A stretch of 15,727 nucleotides of DNA from a virus. Positions 1 to 5,293 of this stretch are shown here, piece by piece (the stretch's first letter is position 1; the number at the start of each line of letters is the position of its first letter). Position numbers and translations under genes: made by a program. Location: UHGV virus genome UHGV-0299427; one strand, 5' to 3'. The notes under the pieces are model-generated. The model worked only from the letters and a program-made list of their open reading frames with translations. It had not been told where the DNA came from and did no database searches.

Positions 1-126
1 ATTAATAAACCACATCGCATACCGATACACTCTATTACTAACCAATCATAGCCCACATCATAAAATCGAGATGAGGAGTACAATACCTTTAACAAGAAGG
101 TGTCATAACGATAATATGTCGTGCAA
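1..126. repeat. Left arm of a perfect inverted repeat pairing with 537-662; truncated by the window start
   Basis: Positions 1-126 are the exact reverse complement of 537-662, checked base by base. Identity ends at 127/536. The outer end coincides with position 1, so the true length is unknown. Confidence 0.9.
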
Positions 127-257
127 TTCATCAAAAAAAAGATCTATATCAAAGAGATAGAACTCTTATCAGTGCTTCAGACATCGGCATTCGAGGCAGC
201 AGAAAAACAGTAAATCTGACGAATTTGCCTTTTCCCAAGATGTTGTCAGATTAAAAA

Positions 258-405
258 GATAGATTAGCGCAGGTACCTGTTGGTGGATTGCAGGAGGAAA
301 AATGAAGTCGAGTGGAAAAATCCCAGAAAAATTTTTGTTTAACAGAGGTCCTGGCTCACTATGCGAAATACGGAGGAGCTGCAGAAGAATTCTGCTTCAT
401 CCTTA
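258..405 (+). pseudogene. Degenerate, internally deleted copy of the hok-like locus (leader motif plus 33-codon ORF MKSSGKIPEKFLFNRGPGSLCEIRRSCRRILLHP, no transmembrane segment)
   Basis: By-eye alignment to the minus-strand hok locus: motif GATAGATTAGCGCA vs GATAGATTACGCGC (13/14), following leader 21/32 and 24/30 matches, and tcactatgcgaaatacggaggagct vs tcgctgtgtgaaatacggatgagct (21/25). About 150 bp spanning the hok SD, start and hydrophobic N-terminus are missing. Strong SD AGGAGG before ATG 302. Confidence 0.35.
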
Positions 406-495
406 GAGTTTAAACAGCACGTGCACTACCATTGTTTCTGCATATCGCCACACCATCGCCACTCAACCGCCATTGCACAAAATACAAATACGAAA

Positions 496-515
496 AAACC
501 ACCCGAAGGTGGTTT
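496..515 (-). terminator. Hairpin (AAACCACC cgaa GGTGGTTT) followed on the minus strand by a T-rich run; candidate rho-independent terminator for a leftward transcript
   Basis: Perfect 8-bp stem with 4-nt loop. The minus-strand downstream sequence is TTTTTCGTATTTG; on the plus strand it is not T-rich. Confidence 0.4.
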
Positions 516-536
516 CACGACACTGCTTATTGCTTT

Positions 537-662
537 TTGCACGACATATTATCGTTATGACACCTTCTTGTTAAAGGTATTGTACTCCTCATCTCGATTT
601 TATGATGTGGGCTATGATTGGTTAGTAATAGAGTGTATCGGTATGCGATGTGGTTTATTAAT
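537..662. repeat. Right arm of the perfect inverted repeat; contains the putative ATG (643) and first 20 nt of the downstream secreted-protein gene
   Basis: Exact reverse complement of 1-126. ATGCGATGTGGTTTATTAAT at 643-662 lies inside the arm. Confidence 0.9.
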
Positions 663-924
663 GGCAATCTGCCTTTGTTTAGTATCTTTTAGCGGATATG
701 CAGCAACAGGAAAGTCTGATGCTCAGATCAAAAAAGAAATAATTAAAGAATCCATTGAATCTTATCCAGGCAATTGTGCGTGTCCTTATAATCATGCAAG
801 GAATGGTAGTAGATGTGGTGGACGCAGTGCATATAGCCGTAATGGAGGGTATGACGTGGTATGTTATGAGGGTGATGTTACCGATGAAATGATCCGGCAA
901 TGGAAGCAGGAGAATGCTGAGTAA
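643..924 (+). CDS. Small secreted Cys-containing protein of unknown function (93 aa; signal peptide MRCGLLMAICLCLVSFSGYA, mature part with CxC and two further Cys)
   Basis: C-terminal third of track ORF 361..924. Positive n-region, hydrophobic core and a GYA-A cleavage-like site begin at Met-643; the upstream 94 codons run through the repeat-flanked segment and look non-coding. SD is weak. Followed by a terminator at 992-1034. Confidence 0.45.
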   Translation: MRCGLLMAICLCLVSFSGYAATGKSDAQIKKEIIKESIESYPGNCACPYNHARNGSRCGGRSAYSRNGGYDVVCYEGDVTDEMIRQWKQENAE

Positions 925-991
925 TCTCTTTTAACAGGTTTGTTGTGCGAGCATTATGTGCCGTTAACGGTACACTAGCTAGTGATAGTTC

Positions 992-1034
992 CAAAAAGAA
1001 AACCCGCAGTTCTTACGCTGCGGGTTTGTTGTTC
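992..1034. terminator. Bidirectional rho-independent terminator (stem CCCGCAG / CTGCGGG, A-run 5' and T-run 3')
   Basis: AAAAAGAAAA-CCCGCAG-ttcttacg-CTGCGGG-TTTGTTGTT. It sits between the convergent secreted-protein gene (+) and hok-like gene (-). Confidence 0.55.
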
Positions 1035-1113
1035 ATGTCTGTGAGATAGGGTGCCTTATCGACCTTACCCTGGCAACCGATTGACGGGGGATAGCTCCCC
1101 CGTCGCGGTTTCC

Positions 1114-1254
1114 TTACTGCTTACACTGTAAGAACGCCGCAAACTCCGCTCCCCAGAAGCTCATCCGTATTTCACACAGCGAACCGTGCAGCATCCAGAT
1201 GATGAGGATTGCCGTCACGCAGAACGTGATGGCCATAAGCGATTTTTGCGACAT
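1114..1254 (-). CDS. Hok/Gef-family type I toxin (46 aa: MSQKSLMAITFCVTAILIIWMLHGSLCEIRMSFWGAEFAAFLQCKQ)
   Basis: Manual minus-strand translation; the ORF is below the track's size cutoff. N-terminal transmembrane helix followed by the SLCEIR-x6-E-x-AAF pattern recalled for Hok family members (nearest to HokA-like). SD AAGGAG lies 8 nt upstream. A GC hairpin (1083-1104) follows the stop, then the terminator at 992-1034. Confidence 0.6.
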   Translation of the reverse strand: MSQKSLMAITFCVTAILIIWMLHGSLCEIRMSFWGAEFAAFLQCKQ

Positions 1255-1490
1255 AGCGCTTGCTCCTTTTTCAGGGAGGCGCTAACCTATCACTTGCTAA
1301 GGTTAGATGGTCAGGGCCTCGGTTAAACAGAAATGTTTTCCGGGGCCTTTCCACATCTGGCCTTCGGGTATTCCCTCCGACCATCAGCCGAAAGGCACCC
1401 GCGCGTAATCTATCGCTTTTTTGTTACTCCGGCAATTCTGCCTGTTAATTCTGAGATAAAGGCAAACTCATCTGATTGTTTCCCCTGTGT
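1255..1490 (-). promoter_or_regulatory. Leader region of the hok-like mRNA (presumed mok/sok-type regulatory region), with motif GATAG(A/G)TTA(C/G)GCGC twice and a short leader ORF
   Basis: Motif at 1278-1291 and 1401-1414 (minus-strand sense). Layout GATAG...CGC...AAGGAG...ATG resembles the recalled R1 hok leader. Homology to the left-hand copy extends to about 1480-1490. No antisense RNA was mapped. Confidence 0.35.
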
Positions 1491-1705
1491 GAAGCTGGCA
1501 GCTCATGCCACGGGATACCTTCTGAAGAGTGAACGCCGGAGGCGTGTTTTGATGTGAATTTATGGAAAGCTTCCAGTGTTGAGAAGCATACGCCGCATTC
1601 CAGATTGTTACACTGGTAATACTTTTGCCGCACGGTGTTTGAATCATTTTCCGGACGACTGGTGCGGATACGGGCAGATGCGCCACAAAGCGGACAACGG
1701 AACAT
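1445..1705 (-). CDS. ogr: Ogr/Delta-family zinc-finger late transcription activator (86 aa as read; likely core about 72 aa plus a C-terminal extension)
   Basis: MFRCPLCGASARIRTSR...YQCNNLEC matches the P2 Ogr CPLC...C-x4-C zinc-finger pattern. SD AGGGAGG upstream. Sits immediately downstream of D, as in P2. Confidence 0.85.
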   Translation of the reverse strand: MFRCPLCGASARIRTSRPENDSNTVRQKYYQCNNLECGVCFSTLEAFHKFTSKHASGVHSSEGIPWHELPASHRGNNQMSLPLSQN

Positions 1706-1745
1706 AGCGACCTCCCTTAACGTGGTGCTGCCTATTCTAAGTTGC

Positions 1746-2855
1746 TCACTCTGTTTCCGCTATCCATTCCGGGATTTTTGCCTCAAGCTCAAGCTGCGTG
1801 GTAAAACCGCTGTTATCAATGGTGTGCTCGGCTTTTGCAATGATCCAGTCCTTATTATCAATCTCGCTTTTAAATCCTGTTACCGTGCCATGCATTTCGG
1901 GGTAGAGTTCTGCACGTCCACGCGCCAGCGTGATGGAGAATGATGCGGCTCCGCGTTGTAGTTGCTGCCACTTTGCCGCCGCTGCGCGTCTTGCTGCCTG
2001 CTCGTTCTGATAAGTCTTGCGTAACACAAACACATTGCCTTCCGCGCCTTCCATATAATCACCTTCACGGCTGCTGCTTTTCTCCTTTTTGGGTTTTGGC
2101 GGTTTACGGCGTTTCACGCTGACTTTTTTCTTTTTCCCGTAATTAAGATCAAGCCAGTAGGCGCGTACCCCCGTATACGCCTCGCGGTCAGCAATGCGGA
2201 ACTGATGGCGATCGCCGCTGCTGCGTGTAATGGCGAACGAGGGCAACGGCTGGCCCTGTGCGTTCACGCCACCACCTGGCATGATGAATAACAGATTGCC
2301 GCTTTTTACCGTGGTGATTGCGCCCAGCATTTCCGCCATGCGCGTAAGGAAGGACATGTCGCTTTCTTCGGTCTGGTCGGCGTGGTCGATTTCGATATCC
2401 ATCAGCATTTCGCTGATTTGCGGTTTCAGACCATACCGATGAGCGATGGCGGATACCACACGCTCAACGGTCACATCATGCCAGGACACCTCACGTTTAA
2501 CGTTAAATTCATCCCGAAAATCTGCGCTTCTGGCTGAAACAGTCAGCCTGTCCGGCGGTCCTTCGTGAGCGATTTCATCAACAATGTAAGTGCCTTTTTC
2601 TGTCAGCGGTTCTCCTTTCCAGCCAATGAGAACCGTCAGGCGCGCGCCCCGTGGCGGTAGCTGCAACTGACCATCCGCATCATCCAGCGTGATGGTGAGC
2701 TGGTCCGCGTCAAATCCCCGGTTGTCGGTCAGTGACAGGCTCATCAGGCGCTCTGCCACGCCTGACAGCGTTTTACCCTCCGCGAGAATATCAAAATCCG
2801 GCATTTTTACGGGGTCTGTGCCCTGACTGAGCAATTGCATGGTGGTGTCGGTCAT
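1746..2855 (-). CDS. D: Late control / tail protein D (gpD-like), 369 aa
   Basis: Track ORF 1746..2987 trimmed to ATG 2855, which is preceded by SD GGGAGGGAG. Length and position next to ogr fit P2 gpD. Contains a Lys-rich linker. Confidence 0.85.
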   Translation of the reverse strand: MTDTTMQLLSQGTDPVKMPDFDILAEGKTLSGVAERLMSLSLTDNRGFDADQLTITLDDADGQLQLPPRGARLTVLIGWKGEPLTEKGTYIVDEIAHEGPPDRLTVSARSADFRDEFNVKREVSWHDVTVERVVSAIAHRYGLKPQISEMLMDIEIDHADQTEESDMSFLTRMAEMLGAITTVKSGNLLFIMPGGGVNAQGQPLPSFAITRSSGDRHQFRIADREAYTGVRAYWLDLNYGKKKKVSVKRRKPPKPKKEKSSSREGDYMEGAEGNVFVLRKTYQNEQAARRAAAAKWQQLQRGAASFSITLARGRAELYPEMHGTVTGFKSEIDNKDWIIAKAEHTIDNSGFTTQLELEAKIPEWIAETE

Positions 2856-3012
2856 CTGCTCCCTCCCTGTGCGGCATGGTCGCATGTGCGTGCGGAGGGG
2901 GTTACTGCTTTTTGTTGTCGCCGTGGCGGGAGAACGGCGCAGGGGTGAGATTACGCGCGTGGTGGGTGATGATTGTTGCCGAATCATTTAACGGATACAA
3001 GGGGCTGAAGCT
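2856..3012. promoter_or_regulatory. Divergent intergenic region between D (-) and FI (+); expected site of the FI late promoter and any promoter for D
   Basis: 157 bp between divergent start codons. Only imperfect Ogr-type dyads were seen by eye (for example TGT-N12-AGA at 2916-2933); no perfect TGT-N12-ACA. Confidence 0.3.
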
Positions 3013-4197
3013 ATGAGTGAAACTCGTTTTCATGGTGCCCGTGTTACGGAAAGTACCGACCTGGTAACAGCGATTAACGATGTTGATTCCAGCGTTATCG
3101 GTATCGTGGCAACGGCGGATGATGCGGACGCGAAGCTGTTCCCGCTGAACAAGCCCACACTGCTGACCCGCGTCAATGACGTGCTGGGAAAATGCGGGAC
3201 AACGGGGACGCTTTATCGTGCGCTTAAGGCCATCGCAGACCAGGTGAGCACAAAGGTGATCGTCGTTCGCGTGGCTGAACACAAAGAAGAAAACGGAAAG
3301 ACGCAGGATCAACTGGTTATCGGTGGTTCTGAATCTGACGGCAGCTATACGGGGATGTATGCGCTGCTTGTTGCAGAGCAGGATGAAAGCATCGGATACC
3401 GTCCGCGTATTCTGGCCGCGCCGGAGCTGGACACGGAGGCGGTGACAAAATCCCTGTGCGTGATTGCGGGTAAACTGCGCGCGTTTGTGTATGCCTCATG
3501 TCATGGCTGTAACACGATGGCAGAGGCAATTACCTACCGCCAGAAATTCAACGAACGTGAGGTGATGCTCTTATGGCCGGACTTCATCGCCTACAACCCG
3601 AAAAGTGGCAAAAACGAAACGTTCCCCGCGCCTGCTTATGCGTGCGGCCTTCGTGCGTACATTGACCATGAGCAGGGCTGGCACAAATCACTGTCCAACG
3701 TTCCGGTTAAAAATGTGCTGGGGATGTCCCGGCATGTGTTCTGGTCGTTGCAGGCCGAAGACAGCGATGCCAACAGCCTTAACAACAAAGAAATCACGAC
3801 CATTATTCGTCGTAACGGGTTCCGCTTCTGGGGCAACCGCACACCGGAAACGAACGCCTACATCTTTGAGGTGTATACCCGAACCGCACAGGTGCTGGCT
3901 GATTCAATTGCGGAAGCGCAGTTTGAAACCATCGACAGTCCACTGACGCCTGCGAACGTGAAGGATGTTATCAGTGCCATCAGGGCAAAACTGGATTCAC
4001 TGGTTACTGCCGGGAAACTGATTGGCGCGGAGTGCTGGTATGACGTGGTGGATAACAGCACCACGGGTTTACGTCAGGGACGTGTGCGTATTCGCTACAA
4101 ATATACGCCAGTTCCCCCGCTGGAAGACATGGAGCTTTACCAGTCGTTTACTGATGAATTCTTTGGTCCCGCATTTGCGGTGCTGGGAGGTGCCTGA
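3013..4197 (+). CDS. FI: Contractile tail sheath protein (gpFI-like), 394 aa
   Basis: Length and motifs (…ADDADAKLFPLNKP…, …FRFWGNRT…) match P2 FI. SD AAGGGG. The stop overlaps the FII start (TGATG). Confidence 0.9.
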   Translation: MSETRFHGARVTESTDLVTAINDVDSSVIGIVATADDADAKLFPLNKPTLLTRVNDVLGKCGTTGTLYRALKAIADQVSTKVIVVRVAEHKEENGKTQDQLVIGGSESDGSYTGMYALLVAEQDESIGYRPRILAAPELDTEAVTKSLCVIAGKLRAFVYASCHGCNTMAEAITYRQKFNEREVMLLWPDFIAYNPKSGKNETFPAPAYACGLRAYIDHEQGWHKSLSNVPVKNVLGMSRHVFWSLQAEDSDANSLNNKEITTIIRRNGFRFWGNRTPETNAYIFEVYTRTAQVLADSIAEAQFETIDSPLTPANVKDVISAIRAKLDSLVTAGKLIGAECWYDVVDNSTTGLRQGRVRIRYKYTPVPPLEDMELYQSFTDEFFGPAFAVLGGA

Positions 4198-4709
4198 TGG
4201 CTGTACCAAAACATCTTCGCTTTTTTACGCTGTTTGTGGATGGTGAAAACGAAGTGGGTAAGGTGACGTCCGTCACTCTGCCTAAACTGACGCGCAAAAC
4301 CGACAGCTACCGGGGTGGTGGCATGATGGGTGCGGTAAGTATTGATCTCGGTCTGGACGACTCCGCGCTTGATGCGAGCTTTGTCATGGGGGGCGCAGTT
4401 CGTGAGCTGTTCCTTAAGTATGGCGGCACGATTGACGGCACGCTGCTGCGTTTTGCGGGTGAATACTACACCGATGCAGAAAGCGACCTGTATGAAGTCG
4501 AAATGCGCGGACGTGTGACGGAAATTGATATGGGGGAAGCCAAACAGGGCGAAGCCACATCACACACTTACGCCATTAAAAACACCTACTACAAGCTGAG
4601 TGTTAACGATCGCCCGTTGTGGGAGATTGACCTGCTGAACTTCATTTACCGGAAGGACGGCAAGGACATTGTGCCTGACCGTATCCGTTCCGCGCTTGGG
4701 CTTGGCTGA
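4197..4709 (+). CDS. FII: Tail tube protein (gpFII-like), 170 aa
   Basis: Follows the sheath gene with start/stop overlap; size and sequence are typical of P2 FII. Confidence 0.9.
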   Translation: MAVPKHLRFFTLFVDGENEVGKVTSVTLPKLTRKTDSYRGGGMMGAVSIDLGLDDSALDASFVMGGAVRELFLKYGGTIDGTLLRFAGEYYTDAESDLYEVEMRGRVTEIDMGEAKQGEATSHTYAIKNTYYKLSVNDRPLWEIDLLNFIYRKDGKDIVPDRIRSALGLG

Positions 4710-4763
4710 TAAGTAATATGCAGGCGGCGCAGTGCGTCGCCTCTGACTGAAAGGAGTTTCCTG

Positions 4764-5129
4764 ATGAAAGAGACGAAAAACATCGATACCGAAAACACGG
4801 TAGTTACTGACACTGTGAAAGAAACCAGTGAGCGTGGCGTAAAACTTACCCAACCAATTGAGCGAGGCGGCGAAAAAATCACGTATGTGGAGATCACCGG
4901 AGCTATTGAGCAGGCTGGATCTCTGCGAGATTTGTCGTTGTCTGATGTGCTGAATCTGAAAGCGGAATCCATGTTTACGCTGCTGTCACGCGTGACATCA
5001 CCGCGACTGGATGAAGTGACGATCAAAAAAATGGCATCCCGTGACTTTATTCAGTTATGTGTGGTTGCCGTAAATTTTTTGAGCGGTGCGGACTCTGGCG
5101 GGAAGAACGAACAGGCGACGGAAGCCTGA
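4764..5129 (+). CDS. E: Tail assembly chaperone gpE (frame-0 product)
   Basis: Sits between the tube and tape-measure genes. SD AGGAG 8 nt upstream. Contains the slippery heptamer near its 3' end. Confidence 0.8.
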   Translation: MKETKNIDTENTVVTDTVKETSERGVKLTQPIERGGEKITYVEITGAIEQAGSLRDLSLSDVLNLKAESMFTLLSRVTSPRLDEVTIKKMASRDFIQLCVVAVNFLSGADSGGKNEQATEA

Positions 5130-5293
5130 TCACGGTTGTGTGCTTTGAGCACATAGAAGACTTTGTGGCAGATATTGCCGTTATTTTTAACTGGTCGCCC
5201 GCTGAAATCTTCATGATGACGCCCGGCGAAGTGGTTAGCTGGCGTGAGCGGGCGGCACTTCGCAGCGGGAATGCAGACAATGAAGACTCTTGA
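5075..5293 (+). CDS. E': E' extension: -1 frame continuation giving the E+E' fusion by programmed frameshift at T TTT TTG (5075-5081)
   Basis: Track ORF 5057..5293 is in the -1 frame relative to E. Slippery site TTTTTTG is identical to the P2 E/E' site. Its stop overlaps the T start. Confidence 0.7.
   Translation, partial: FFERCGLWREERTGDGSLITVVCFEHIEDFVADIAVIFNWSPAEIFMMTPGEVVSWRERAALRSGNADNEDS

Noticed and set aside
361-642. N-terminal 94 codons of track ORF 361..924
   Set aside because: They run through the hok-like remnant, the hairpin and the repeat arm and have no protein-like features. The signal peptide begins at Met-643, so the ORF is called from there.
679-900. Minus-strand ORF (73 aa) antisense to the secreted-protein gene
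   Set aside because: Entirely embedded antisense in an AT-rich gene, low-complexity composition, no SD.
1380-1425. Possible remnant of the P2 att core / CyaR 3' end (GTAATCT…GCTTTTTT)
   Set aside because: Only a short partial resemblance. The same stretch is better explained as a copy of the repeated hok-leader motif.
1260-1557. Plus-strand ORFs 1260..1448 and 1333..1557
   Set aside because: They lie antisense to the hok leader and ogr 3' end and are better explained as non-coding regulatory DNA. An antisense RNA may be encoded here but could not be delimited.
2856-2987. Upstream 44 codons of track ORF 1746..2987 (gpD extension) and overlapping ORF 2902..3312
   Set aside because: ATG 2855 has a strong SD (GGGAGGGAG) and the upstream extension would cross the divergent promoter region. 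ORF 2902..3312 is antisense to the FI start.
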